Source: an uncultured Alphaproteobacteria bacterium (GTDB lineage: Bacteria; Pseudomonadota; Alphaproteobacteria; Rhizobiales; Xanthobacteraceae). From it: a DNA stretch of 64,000 nucleotides. The position numbers and the translations under genes were made by a program. Positions 38,900 through 47,977 of the stretch are shown one piece after another. Numbering within the stretch: position 1 is the first letter of the stretch; each line of letters starts with the position of its first letter. Where the stretch lies: the NCBI GenBank assembly GCA_963817815.1, contig CAWFPY010000009.1:172045-236044 (forward strand), written 5' to 3'. The notes under the pieces are model-generated. The model searched no databases, was not told the DNA's origin, and was given only the letters and a program-made list of their open reading frames with translations.

Positions 38900-38945
38900 T
38901 GAATTTCCCCCATCCGCCCGGATGCTTTTGTGCCGCTACCGCCCC

Positions 38946-39230
38946 TCACTTTTTCTTCTTCGCCGGCGCTTTCGCCTTCGACACGATTTTCATTTTCTTC
39001 GCGCCCTTCGCCGGCTTTGGCGGGGGCGGCGGTGCATTGAGCGCGGCCTCGCGCTCGGCCGCTTCCTTGGCGAGCCGGAGCGCGCGCAGGCGCTCGGTTT
39101 TTATGCGCTCCGCGTTGGTGGCGGCCTTGTACTCCGCCATGGCGGTCGCGCCTTCGCGGGCCTGGGCTTCCTTCTTATGGAACGCGGCTTGTGCGCGTTC
39201 CATGTCCTTTGTGTTCTTCGGTGTACTCAC
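38946..39230 (-). CDS. Small basic coiled-coil / Lys-Ala-Pro-tailed protein, translationally coupled to nrdJ
   Basis: GTG at 39230 overlaps the nrdJ TGA (GTGA). (M)[93 protein letters not shown]. Alternative starts are ATG 39236 and ATG 39203. Confidence 0.6.
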   Translation of the reverse strand: MSTPKNTKDMERAQAAFHKKEAQAREGATAMAEYKAATNAERIKTERLRALRLAKEAAEREAALNAPPPPPKPAKGAKKMKIVSKAKAPAKKKK

Positions 39231-42200
39231 GAGCATCCCGTCGTTGACCCGCATGTATCGCACTTCATGCAGGTGCCGTTTCTGACCAAGGTGAAATTCC
39301 CACACTCGCCGCAGGCTTCGCCTTCATAGCCTTTTGCCCGGGCTTCCGCACGCTTCTCGGACGCCGCCTGCTTGGCATGAACGCGCGCATCCCCGGTGTT
39401 GATCTGCTCGAGCTGTTGCGCCGGCGAGAGCTTGGCTTCCGGCTCGACCTTGAGCGCGGTCGCTGCCCCCGAGAACGCCGTCACGTTGGAGCCGCCCGTC
39501 GCCACGGCTTGCGTGTCGCTGCTCACCACCGACAGGCGGTCGGTGCGTGAACGCGTCAGCCCCTTGGAGACGTAATTATGCGTGGGCTTGCCTTCTTCCA
39601 CGCCCTTGCCGAGCGCGTCGAAGCCGCCGGCCTCGCTCGGGTCGACATGGGCAAGATCGAAGCGCTCCAGATAGGAAACCGCGAGCTCGCGGAACACGTA
39701 GTCGAGGATCGAGGTGGCGTATTTGATCGAGTCGTTACCCTGCACCGGGCCTTGCGGCTCGAAGCGGGTGAAGGTGAAGGCGTCGACATATTCCTCGAGC
39801 GGCACGCCGTATTGCAGGCCGAGCGAGATCGCGATGGCGAAGTTGTTGATGATGGAGCGCAGCGCCGCGCCTTCCTTGTGCATGTCGATGAAGATCTCGC
39901 CGAGGCGGCCGTCATCGTATTCGCCGGTGCGCAGATAGACCTTGTGGCCGCCCACCACCGCCTTCTGGGTGTAGCCCTTGCGGCGGTCGGGCATGCGCTC
40001 ACGCTCGCGCAGCACCGTAATGCGCTCGACGATCTTTTCGACGACTTTCTCGGCGAGCCCCGCGGCGCGCGCCGCGGCGGGACGCTCGATGAAGGCCTCG
40101 ATCGCGTCGTCTTCGTCTTCTTCATCCGCAATCAGTTGCGAATTGAGCGGCTGGCTGAGCTTGCTGCCGTCGCGGTAGAGCGCGTTGGCCTTGAGCGCGA
40201 GCTTCCAGGAGAGCAGGTAAGCCGCCTTGCAATCCTCGACCGTCGCCTCGTTCGGCATGTTGATGGTCTTGGAAATGGCGCCGCAAATGAACGGCTGCGC
40301 CGCCGCCATCATGCGGATGTGGCTTTCGACCGAGAGATAGCGTTTTCCCGTGCGGCCGCACGGATTGGCGCAGTCGAACACCGGATAGTGCTCGGCCTTC
40401 AGATGCGGTGCGCCTTCCACAGTCATGGCGCCGCAGACGTGAATATTGGCGGCCTCGATCTCGCGCTTGCCGAAGCCAATCGCGGCGAGGAGGTCGAAGG
40501 ACGGGGAGGCGAGGTCCTCGGCGGAGATGCCGAGCTTGTCGCGGCAGAATTCCTCGCCCAGCGTCCACTTGTTGAAGGCGAACTTGATGTCGAACGCCGT
40601 CGGCAGCGCCTTCTCGACTTTCGCGATTGCTTCGTCGGTGAAGCCCTTGGCCTTGAGCGTGGTGTGGTTGATCGCCGGCGCCTGCGCCAGGTTGCCATGG
40701 CCGACGGCGTAAGCCTCGATCTCGGCAATGTCGCTTTCCGAATAGCCGAGCGTGCGCAGCGCTTCCGGAACGGCGCGGTTGATGATCTTGAAGTAGCCGC
40801 CGCCGGCGAGCTTCTTGAACTTCACCAGCGCGAAGTCGGGCTCGATGCCGGTGGTGTCGCAATCCATCACCAGGCCGATGGTGCCGGTGGGCGCGATCAC
40901 GGTCGACTGCGCGTTGCGGTAGCCGTGCTTCTCGCCGAGCGCAATCGCGCGGTCCCAGGCGGCCTTGGCATGCGCGATCAGCGTCTGTTCGGGGCAGGCG
41001 GCGTGGTCGAGCGGCACCGGCGGCTGCGACACCTTCTCGTAGCCGGTGCGCTCGTTGTAGGCGGCGCGGCGATGATTGCGCATCACGCGCAGCATGTGCT
41101 CGCGGTTTTTCTTATAGCCGGGGAAGGGCCCGAGCTTTTCGGCCATTTCGGCCGAGGTGGCGTAGCAGATGCCGGTCATGATCGCGCTGAGCGCGCCGCA
41201 GATGGCGCGGCCGGCATCGGAATCATACGGAATGCCGGACGTCATCAGCAGGCCGCCGATGTTGGCGTAGCCGAGGCCGAGCGTGCGGAATTCGAACGAA
41301 CGCTCCGCGATCTCGCGCGAGGGGAACTGCGCCATCATCACCGAGATTTCCAGAACCACGGTCCACAGGCGGACGGCGTGTTCGTAGCTCTCGACCTGGA
41401 ATTGGCCGGTCTTCTCGTCGCGGAAGGTGAGCAAATTCAGCGAGGCGAGATTGCAGGCCGTGTCGTCGAGGAACATGTATTCCGAGCACGGATTGCTGGC
41501 GCGGATTTCGCCGGAGGCCGGGCAGGTGTGCCAGTCATTGACGGTCGTGTGATATTGCAGGCCCGGATCGGCCGAGGCCCAGGCGGCGTGGCCGATCTTC
41601 TCCCACAAATCACGGGCGTCGAGCGTCTTCGCGATCTTGCCGTTCTTGCGATAGGTGAGGTCCCACTTGGCGTCGGACTCGACAGCCTTGAGGAAGCCAT
41701 CGGTGACGCGCACCGAATTGTTCGAGTTCTGCCCCGCAACGGTGAGATAGGCCTCGCTGTCCCAGTCGGTGTCGTAGGTCGGGAAGTCGATGTCCTTGTA
41801 GCCCTGCTTGGCGAACTGGATCACGCGCTTGATGTAGTTGTCCGGCACCATCGAGCGGCGCGCGAGCTTGATCTCGCGCTTGAGCGCGGGGTTTTTCTCC
41901 GGCGAGAAGCAGTCGTCGCCCGAGCCTTCGCAATTCACGCAGGCCTTGAGCACAGCCTTGAGGTGCTTCTGGTTGATCTTGGAGCCGGTGACGAGCGCCG
42001 CCACCTTCTGCTCTTCCATCACCTTCCAGTTGATGTAGGTCTCGATATCCGGGTGATCGACGTCGACGATCACCATCTTGGCGGCGCGGCGCGTGGTGCC
42101 GCCCGACTTGATCGCGCCCGCGGCGCGGTCGCCGATTTTCAGGAACGACATCAGGCCGGATGACTTGCCGCCGCCCGAGAGCTTCTCGCCTTCGCCGCGC

Positions 42201-42925
42201 AGCTTGGAGAAATTCGAGCCGGTGCCGGAGCCGTATTTGAACAGGCGCGCTTCACGCACCCACAAATCCATGATGCCGCCTTCGTTCACCAGATCGTCAC
42301 TGACGGACTGGATGAAGCAGGCGTGCGGCTGCGGATGCTCGTAAGCGGATTTCGAGCGCGTCAGCTTGCTGGTGAACGGATCGACGTAATAGTGGCCCTG
42401 GCCGGGACCATCGATGCCATAGGCCCAGTGCAGGCCGGTGTTGAACCATTGCGGTGAGTTCGGCGCGCAGATCTGCGCGGCCAGCATGTAGCGCAGCTCG
42501 TCGAAGTAGGCCTGCGCGTCATCCTCGGTTTCGAAATAGCCGCCCTTCCAGCCCCAATAGGCCCAGGTGCCAGCGAGACGGTCGAACACCTGCTTGGAGG
42601 AATGTTCGCCGATGTAGCGTTCCTTCTCGGGGAGCGCCGCGAGCGCCTCCTCGTCGGCAACCGAGCGCCACAGGAACGAGGGAACTGAATTCTCTTCGAC
42701 CTTCTTCAGGCGGGCGGGGACACCGGCCTTGCGGAAGTATTTTTGCGCCAGCACGTCGGAGGCGACCTGCGACCAGAATTCCGGCACCTCGACATTGTCG
42801 AGCTTGAACACCACGGAGCCGTCCGGGTTGCGGATCTCGCTGGTGGTGAGGCGGAACTCAATACCCGCGTAGGCCGCATCCTGGCTTCCCTGTCCATCCT
42901 TGGTGTAGCGCCGTTCAATTCGCAT
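39227..42925 (-). CDS. nrdJ: Class II (adenosylcobalamin-dependent) ribonucleotide reductase
   Basis: 1232 aa. [12 protein letters not shown]...[17 protein letters not shown], active-site region [21 protein letters not shown], and C-terminal zinc ribbon [28 protein letters not shown]. Size is typical of alphaproteobacterial NrdJ. Confidence 0.95.
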   Translation of the reverse strand: MRIERRYTKDGQGSQDAAYAGIEFRLTTSEIRNPDGSVVFKLDNVEVPEFWSQVASDVLAQKYFRKAGVPARLKKVEENSVPSFLWRSVADEEALAALPEKERYIGEHSSKQVFDRLAGTWAYWGWKGGYFETEDDAQAYFDELRYMLAAQICAPNSPQWFNTGLHWAYGIDGPGQGHYYVDPFTSKLTRSKSAYEHPQPHACFIQSVSDDLVNEGGIMDLWVREARLFKYGSGTGSNFSKLRGEGEKLSGGGKSSGLMSFLKIGDRAAGAIKSGGTTRRAAKMVIVDVDHPDIETYINWKVMEEQKVAALVTGSKINQKHLKAVLKACVNCEGSGDDCFSPEKNPALKREIKLARRSMVPDNYIKRVIQFAKQGYKDIDFPTYDTDWDSEAYLTVAGQNSNNSVRVTDGFLKAVESDAKWDLTYRKNGKIAKTLDARDLWEKIGHAAWASADPGLQYHTTVNDWHTCPASGEIRASNPCSEYMFLDDTACNLASLNLLTFRDEKTGQFQVESYEHAVRLWTVVLEISVMMAQFPSREIAERSFEFRTLGLGYANIGGLLMTSGIPYDSDAGRAICGALSAIMTGICYATSAEMAEKLGPFPGYKKNREHMLRVMRNHRRAAYNERTGYEKVSQPPVPLDHAACPEQTLIAHAKAAWDRAIALGEKHGYRNAQSTVIAPTGTIGLVMDCDTTGIEPDFALVKFKKLAGGGYFKIINRAVPEALRTLGYSESDIAEIEAYAVGHGNLAQAPAINHTTLKAKGFTDEAIAKVEKALPTAFDIKFAFNKWTLGEEFCRDKLGISAEDLASPSFDLLAAIGFGKREIEAANIHVCGAMTVEGAPHLKAEHYPVFDCANPCGRTGKRYLSVESHIRMMAAAQPFICGAISKTINMPNEATVEDCKAAYLLSWKLALKANALYRDGSKLSQPLNSQLIADEEDEDDAIEAFIERPAAARAAGLAEKVVEKIVERITVLRERERMPDRRKGYTQKAVVGGHKVYLRTGEYDDGRLGEIFIDMHKEGAALRSIINNFAIAISLGLQYGVPLEEYVDAFTFTRFEPQGPVQGNDSIKYATSILDYVFRELAVSYLERFDLAHVDPSEAGGFDALGKGVEEGKPTHNYVSKGLTRSRTDRLSVVSSDTQAVATGGSNVTAFSGAATALKVEPEAKLSPAQQLEQINTGDARVHAKQAASEKRAEARAKGYEGEACGECGNFTLVRNGTCMKCDTCGSTTGCS

Positions 42926-43261
42926 GTGTCTCTAGCCCCAAATTCCGGGCGGTTAACACCGCCCTTTTGTTTCGGGCGAACCTGTCCCGGTCCGCCGCCG
43001 TTGCTCTTACTCGTCCGACCCGTCCCACCTCATTTAGGCCCGATGCTCTGATCCGGCACCGGTTCGATCCGGGGTTTTTTACCCCCGGGCACAAGCAAGT
43101 CCCTGTCCCAAACGCCATTGTCCTGGCGTGGGTTGAGCTCGCGACTGGAAAGCCGTTCTGAGGGTCCGGAGGGAACCTGAAACTCAACGCCACCGAACAC
43201 ACCAAAGCTAAGTGGACTCTGCCTACGCGTCAACAAGAGATAGTCGTCAAATCTGAATCAA

Positions 43262-43277
43262 ACACTAAATCTTGTGT
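43262..43277 (-). promoter_or_regulatory. NrdR-box-like 16-bp palindrome upstream of nrdJ
   Basis: The minus strand reads ACACAAGATTTAGTGT (consensus acaCwAtATaTwGtgt), 337-352 nt upstream of the nrdJ ATG. A weaker copy CCACTTAGCTTTGGTG lies at 43200-43215 (62 bp centre to centre). Confidence 0.45.
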
Positions 43278-43673
43278 CCACCCGGTGAACTGCGGGGACA
43301 ACGGACCGCAAGAACACAGCCAGTATTGGGCCATACCGGCCGTCCGGAAAGTTTTTTTCTCGGGGTTGCCGGGTAGGTTTTTATGCCTCCGGCCATGACA
43401 GAAAAATGACGGAAAAATAGGACTTCCGCGCGCGGTGACGGCAAAACCGGGCGCATGCGGGGCCGGGGACAAAGGCGGGAAAAATCAGCGAAACTCCGGT
43501 CCGGAGTTTCTGATTCTCGAAACGAGGTCAGTACCTTACGCAGGACGCGGCGCCTGGATTCACGAGCGGTGACGATACCCACGCCTGTGAATTCAACTTT
43601 TCCGGGTTGGGGTGATCATGGAACGAGCAAATGCGTTGCGGTAAGTTGTTCTCGTTCGTCTGGGGGAACAATC

Positions 43674-43856
43674 ATGTCGAAATTTCTGTCGATCGCCGCC
43701 GCGCTCGGGCTTCTTGTCGTATCCGTGCCTGCCTTTGCACAGAAGCAGTCATGTGAGGCGTATTGCACCAATCGCTGTGCCACCGCGAACAGCAAGAATT
43801 ACTGCATGTCGCAGTGCGTTCCGCAGTGCAATCAAATCCGTTCCAAATCGAAATAG
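43674..43856 (+). CDS. Secreted 60-aa precursor of a six-cysteine peptide (C-X3-C-X3-C-X8-C-X3-C-X3-C)
   Basis: GGGGGA before ATG 43674. Signal peptide MSKFLSIAAALGLLVVSVPAFA. Mature peptide QKQSCEAYCTNRCATANSKNYCMSQCVPQCNQIRSKSK. Confidence 0.55.
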   Translation: MSKFLSIAAALGLLVVSVPAFAQKQSCEAYCTNRCATANSKNYCMSQCVPQCNQIRSKSK

Positions 43857-43902
43857 GTAGCCGCGCATAACGTCACTCAGCCAAGAAATCAGCCAAGAAA
43901 TG

Positions 43903-43938
43903 AAAAAAGGCGGACTCGCAATGAGCCCGCCTTTTTTA
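43903..43938. terminator. Bidirectional Rho-independent terminator
   Basis: aaaaaa-GGCGGACTC-gcaat-GAGCCCGCC-tttttt. A 9-bp stem with one mismatch, flanked by A and T runs. Confidence 0.7.
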
Positions 43939-44074
43939 CCGGCACTGTCATTTCGAATCCCAGCGCGGGCGAGCCAAATCTTGGGCGACTCGGGCTCCGC
44001 ACTGATGAATTCCTGGGCACCATAGCCGTAGCCTCGGGCGGAACGCAACATGCCCCCATGTCTCGGGCGCGCGG

Positions 44075-44173
44075 CTGTCGTCCCAGCGAATGCGGGGACC
44101 CATGCTCCGTGCCCTATCGGCAGGACACAGCGTATGGGTCCCGGCCCTCGCTTTCGCTCGGCCGGGACGACAG
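44075..44173. repeat. REP-like imperfect palindromic element (~99 bp)
   Basis: Outer arms ctgtcgtccc / gggacgacag and inner arms ggggacccat / atgggtcccg. Intergenic, next to the 3' end of the MscS gene. Confidence 0.65.
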
Positions 44174-44190
44174 AAAACGGTGTGGCGCCG

Positions 44191-45321
44191 TTATCGCGAC
44201 CGTTTCGGCCTTTTCGAGGTTTTCGCCGGCGCTTCGTCCGACTGATCCGTCACGCTGATCTGCCGGGAATGCGGCAGCGCTTCTGGATGCTCCTTTTGCA
44301 GGAAGGCGATGAGCTTCTCGCGCACCTCGCAGCGCAGGTCGAAAACGGTGCCACCCGTACGCGCGCTCATCAGGCAGCGCAGTTCCATGCTGCCTTCCTT
44401 GAAATCGGTCACCTGCAAGGCGGCGACATTGCCGTCCCATTTGTTTGACTGCTTGAGGATGTCGTCGAACTTCGCGCGGATGAGTTCGACCGGCGCGCGG
44501 TAGTCAACATAGATCATCACAGTGCCGATCAGGGCCGCGCCCTCGCGCGTCCAGTTCTGGAAGGGCTTTTCGATAAAATAAGTGAGCGGCACGATCAGAC
44601 GCCGCCAATCCCAAAGCTTCACGACGACGTAAGTCGAGGTGATTTCCTCGATCGTGCCGTGTTCATTTTCCACGGTCACCGCATCATAGAGGCGGATCGG
44701 CTGCGTCATGGCGAGTTGCACGCCCGCCATCAGATTGCTCAGCACCGGCCGTGCGGCGAGGCCCGCGACAATGCCCGCGACGCCGGCGGAGGCGAACAGG
44801 CTGATGCCGTATTGCCGCACGGCGGGAAAGGTCATCAGCGCGGCGCCTAATGTGATCATGGCGAGCAGCACGTCGATCGTGCGCGACAGCACGCGCACTT
44901 GCGTATTGTGCTTGCGCGCCAGCAGATTGTCGTCGACGTCGAGACGGAAGCGCCGCAGGTAGAGATCGGCCGCAATGTGGAGCGCGATGATGGAGGCCCA
45001 GCCGATCAACCCGATAACCGCGACCGTCAGCAATCGCGCGAGTATCTCCGCCGTGCCGGGCGGCAGCGGCGCAACCGGGATGGCGATGATCATCGCCAGG
45101 ATCAGCAGCGCGAGCCGCGAGAGCTCGCGGGTCTGCGTGAAGGTGGAAAAGACATAAGGATAGCGGCCGGCAAGCGTGCCGCGCACCAGCTTGCGCGCCC
45201 AGCGGTGCAGCGCGAGCGCAATGAGCACCGCGATTGCGAGGATCAGCAGCGCGACCACTGGGTCAGGCAGCCAATTGAGAAGATCCTTGATCCAGGTCAG
45301 CGCTGCTCTGATGGATTCCAT
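44191..45321 (-). CDS. Mechanosensitive ion channel (MscS family)
   Basis: 376 aa. N-terminal TM helices, then LSNLMAGVQLAMTQPIRLYDAVTVENEHGTIEEITSTYVVVKLWDWRRLIVPLTYF, the MscS beta-domain signature. Confidence 0.85.
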   Translation of the reverse strand: MESIRAALTWIKDLLNWLPDPVVALLILAIAVLIALALHRWARKLVRGTLAGRYPYVFSTFTQTRELSRLALLILAMIIAIPVAPLPPGTAEILARLLTVAVIGLIGWASIIALHIAADLYLRRFRLDVDDNLLARKHNTQVRVLSRTIDVLLAMITLGAALMTFPAVRQYGISLFASAGVAGIVAGLAARPVLSNLMAGVQLAMTQPIRLYDAVTVENEHGTIEEITSTYVVVKLWDWRRLIVPLTYFIEKPFQNWTREGAALIGTVMIYVDYRAPVELIRAKFDDILKQSNKWDGNVAALQVTDFKEGSMELRCLMSARTGGTVFDLRCEVREKLIAFLQKEHPEALPHSRQISVTDQSDEAPAKTSKRPKRSR

Positions 45322-45456
45322 GTGATCATGATTAGTTGAGGGAAAGAAGAGCGACTATATCGTCGCCGGTTCCGGATGAAATGCCGCGCGGCTGGACAAG
45401 GTCCCGGTGAGGTGGCAAAACGCCTGCAATCCAATCGTTTTCAATGCGCGGCGGCA

Positions 45457-45873
45457 ATGAAAAGTTTCCTCCTCAAAGTCTTCACCTGGTGGAATTCCCA
45501 GACCTTCGGCACCCAGCTCTGGACCTGGTTGTATGGCGAAGCGGTCGGGCAGGACGAATTCGGCAATAGCTATTACCGCACCATCGGGGGCAAAATCGAC
45601 AAGACGCTCGGCTTCGAGCGGCGGTGGGTGATCTACAACGGTTACGCGGAAGCTTCATCGGTGCCCCCGTCTTGGCACGGCTGGCTGCACCACACCGTCG
45701 ATACGCCGCCGACACAGGAAAACTACAAGGCGCACCCGTGGCAAAAGCCGCACCGGCCCAACATGACCGGTACGCCCGGCGCGCTGCGTCCGTCAGGCTC
45801 GACACTTGCAGCCGGCCGCCGTCCCAAGGCAACCGGCGACTACAAGGCCTGGAGCCCCGACAGCCGGGGCTAG
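45457..45873 (+). CDS. NDUFA12-family protein (NADH:ubiquinone oxidoreductase 17.2-kDa subunit-like)
   Basis: MKSFLLKVFTWWNSQTFGTQLWTWLYGEAVGQDEFGNSYYR...RRWVIYNGYAEASSVPPSWHGWLHHTVD. Confidence 0.85.
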   Translation: MKSFLLKVFTWWNSQTFGTQLWTWLYGEAVGQDEFGNSYYRTIGGKIDKTLGFERRWVIYNGYAEASSVPPSWHGWLHHTVDTPPTQENYKAHPWQKPHRPNMTGTPGALRPSGSTLAAGRRPKATGDYKAWSPDSRG

Positions 45874-45891
45874 CGGGGTATGTGGCTGAAG

Positions 45892-45976
45892 CCGCTCGTC
45901 CCCGCGAAAGCGGGGACCCAGAGCAAAATTTGCTGAATTTGCAACCCTGGATTCCCGCCTTCGCGGGAATGAGCGG
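45892..45976. repeat. 85-bp REP-like element, family copy 1 (copy 2 at 59581-59665)
   Basis: ccgctcgTCCCCGCgaaaGCGGGGAcccag...ctggATTCCCGCcttcGCGGGAATgagcgg. Two hairpins bracketed by ccgctc/gagcgg. Same length and architecture as 59581-59665. Confidence 0.7.
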
Positions 45977-46097
45977 AGGTCGCACCTGATTTCCTGACGT
46001 CTTGCCGCCCTTCCAACGCCGTATTCCCCGTGTTAACCGGGCATTGCTATCGGCGTCAGGCGAATCCACGCCGGCCAGGCGCAAAAGCCGGATTTTA

Positions 46098-46988
46098 ATG
46101 GCGCGTTGCATCCGTTCAGTCGCGTTCCTTGCGGTCGCCGCGCTGCTCGTGGCGAGTCCCGCCGCCGCGCAATTTGGCTCGATCTTCAGCGACGGTCCGC
46201 CGCGCCCGCCGGCTGACGTGCCCAATTCGCCGTCATCGCGTCCGCCGCCGGATCAGCAACCATATTATCCCGGCCGCGCCGACAGTCCGCCGCAGCAACC
46301 GCTGCCGGCCCCGATGAGCCTGCCGCCATCGAACCGGCCGGGGGGCGGCACGATCCAGTCGCAGCCGCTGGCGCCACCGCCGGGCGCGCAATCCGCGCCG
46401 CCACCGCAACCGGGTCAGCCGCAACAAAGTGCTACGCCGCCGCCGGCGGCATTGCCGCCCGGCCCGGGTTCGCCGCGCAATGCTCCACAACAAACCAATA
46501 CCGCGCCGCAGCCGAACGATGAAGTCGTGGTCGCGCCGCCACCGCAGCGCATCGCCAATCCGACCGCGGTATTTTCCGGTCTCGACAAGATTACCGGCCG
46601 CATCATTTCGTTCGACGTCGCTATCAACGAAACGGTGCAATTCGGCGCGCTGCAAGTCACGCCGCGCGTCTGCTATTCACGCCCACCGACCGAGACACCC
46701 AACACCGATGCCTTTGTCGAAGTCGACGAGGTGACGTTGCAAGGCGAGATCAAGCGAATCTTCAGTGGCTGGATGTTTGCCGCGAGCCCGGGCCTGCACG
46801 CCGTCGAGCATCCGATCTACGACGTGTGGATCACCGACTGCAAAGGCGGAAAAAATCCGAACGTCGCCGAAGTACCTCCCGATGCGGCACCCAAGCCGCC
46901 GGCGCGCGCGCCGCAGCCGCCACAACGGAGGCAACCGCCGCCGCCACCGCGCGGGCCACCGCCGGGATTCCTGCCGCCGCCGCGGTAG
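46098..46988 (+). CDS. DUF2155-domain protein with long Pro-rich linker
   Basis: Signal MARCIRSVAFLAVAALLVASPAAAQ and Pro/Gln-rich low complexity. C-terminal VFSGLDKITGRIISFDVAINETVQFGALQVTPRVCYSRPPTE...FSGWMFAASPGLHAVEHPIYDVWITDC. Usual neighbour of the NDUFA12-like gene. Confidence 0.8.
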   Translation: MARCIRSVAFLAVAALLVASPAAAQFGSIFSDGPPRPPADVPNSPSSRPPPDQQPYYPGRADSPPQQPLPAPMSLPPSNRPGGGTIQSQPLAPPPGAQSAPPPQPGQPQQSATPPPAALPPGPGSPRNAPQQTNTAPQPNDEVVVAPPPQRIANPTAVFSGLDKITGRIISFDVAINETVQFGALQVTPRVCYSRPPTETPNTDAFVEVDEVTLQGEIKRIFSGWMFAASPGLHAVEHPIYDVWITDCKGGKNPNVAEVPPDAAPKPPARAPQPPQRRQPPPPPRGPPPGFLPPPR

Positions 46989-46994
46989 TTTTCC

Positions 46995-47115
46995 CGTCAT
47001 TCCGGACGCGCGCGCAGCGCGCGATCCCGCGAATGCCGAGACCCAAGCTCAGTGCAAGTGTTCTGGATTCCGGGTTCACGCGCTCGGAGGCGCGCGCACG
47101 CCACCCGGAATGACG
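46995..47115. repeat. 121-bp REP-like palindromic element
   Basis: Outer arms cgtcattccgg / ccggaatgacg with GC-rich internal palindromes (gcgcgcgcagcgcgcg...). Lies between convergent DUF2155 and aat genes and is read through by the aat ORF. Confidence 0.65.
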
Positions 47116-47797
47116 GAACTAATGCTCCATCCTGAATAATCGCGAGCGCCTCGCTGCCCGCGATGGGGCGGTCCAACGGCAGCGCGGCGAAATCGCCTTC
47201 GCCAATCAAGCCCTCTTCCAGCATGCGATGATAGCGCCGCTTGGGCACCTCCACCGCGCCGAAGGTTGTGAGATGCGCAGTGACATATTGCGTGTCGAGC
47301 AGACGGAAGCCGCCTGCCTTGAGCCGCGCGACCAGATGTACCAGCGCGACCTTGGACGCGTCGCGCGCGCGGTGAAACATGCTCTCGCCGAAAAACGCGC
47401 GGCCGAGCGATACACCGTAAAGGCCGCCGACAAGTTCGTCGCCGTCATAGACCTCGACAGTGTGGCAATGACCGCGTTCATAGAGCGCGCGGTAAATGCG
47501 TCGGATGCGCATGTTGATCCAGGTGCGCGCGCGGTCCTGTTTCGGTTCGGCGCAGCCCTCGACCACGGAGTCGAAGTCGCGATCGACCCAGACCGTCCAT
47601 GACGTCGTGCGCAAGGTGCGGGCGAGTCGCGCCGGCACGTGGAACCCTTCCAGGGGGATAATTCCGCGCATGTCCGGCTCGATCCAATAGAGCGCCGGAT
47701 CGTCCGCGCTTTCGGCCATCGGAAAAATGCCGCAGGCATAGGCCTTGAGCAGCACTTCCGGCGTGATTTCGATGAATGTGTTCTCGCGGTTTGCCAT
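46997..47797 (-). CDS. aat: Leucyl/phenylalanyl-tRNA--protein transferase
   Basis: [39 protein letters not shown]...[36 protein letters not shown]...[24 protein letters not shown]-like. The last ~40 codons (after ...EALAIIQDG) are encoded by the REP element, so the true C-terminus is uncertain. Confidence 0.85.
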   Translation of the reverse strand: MANRENTFIEITPEVLLKAYACGIFPMAESADDPALYWIEPDMRGIIPLEGFHVPARLARTLRTTSWTVWVDRDFDSVVEGCAEPKQDRARTWINMRIRRIYRALYERGHCHTVEVYDGDELVGGLYGVSLGRAFFGESMFHRARDASKVALVHLVARLKAGGFRLLDTQYVTAHLTTFGAVEVPKRRYHRMLEEGLIGEGDFAALPLDRPIAGSEALAIIQDGALVPSFRVACARLRAREPGIQNTCTELGSRHSRDRALRARPE

Positions 47798-47977
47798 CGC
47801 GCTCGCGCCAACAATGACCAAAACTTAGGCCGTTGCTCCCGGTTTGAGGAGCGAAGAAGGGGTCGCGTCAGCCGTTTGTTAACCTTTTGGATACCATAAT
47901 TGCAGCGAATTTCTGAAGGCGTGGCGGCCCTTTGCGTTGGTTTGCAGGGGACAACGGCGAAACGGGGAGAAGGATGC

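Noticed and set aside
39578-42163. 861-aa ORF antisense to nrdJ, and similar long antisense ORFs at 61589-62989, 24759-25955, 18315-19463, 37081-38148 and 53694-54593.
   Set aside because: All lie opposite well-supported conserved genes. Their translations are Arg/Ala/Gly/Asp-rich low-information sequence without motifs. Long stop-free antisense frames are expected in GC-rich genomes.
43061-43070. GGTTCGATCC (T-loop-like) in the nrdJ upstream region, considered as a tRNA, tRNA remnant or att site.
   Set aside because: I could not fold a 5-bp T-stem, acceptor stem or anticodon arm around it. It is embedded in a simple CCGG-rich hairpin.
42926-43260. Cobalamin riboswitch in the nrdJ leader.
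   Set aside because: I could not find a B12-box or GCCACTG-type core on the minus strand. B12 riboswitches normally control B12-independent RNRs rather than nrdJ. An Infernal scan would be needed for certainty.
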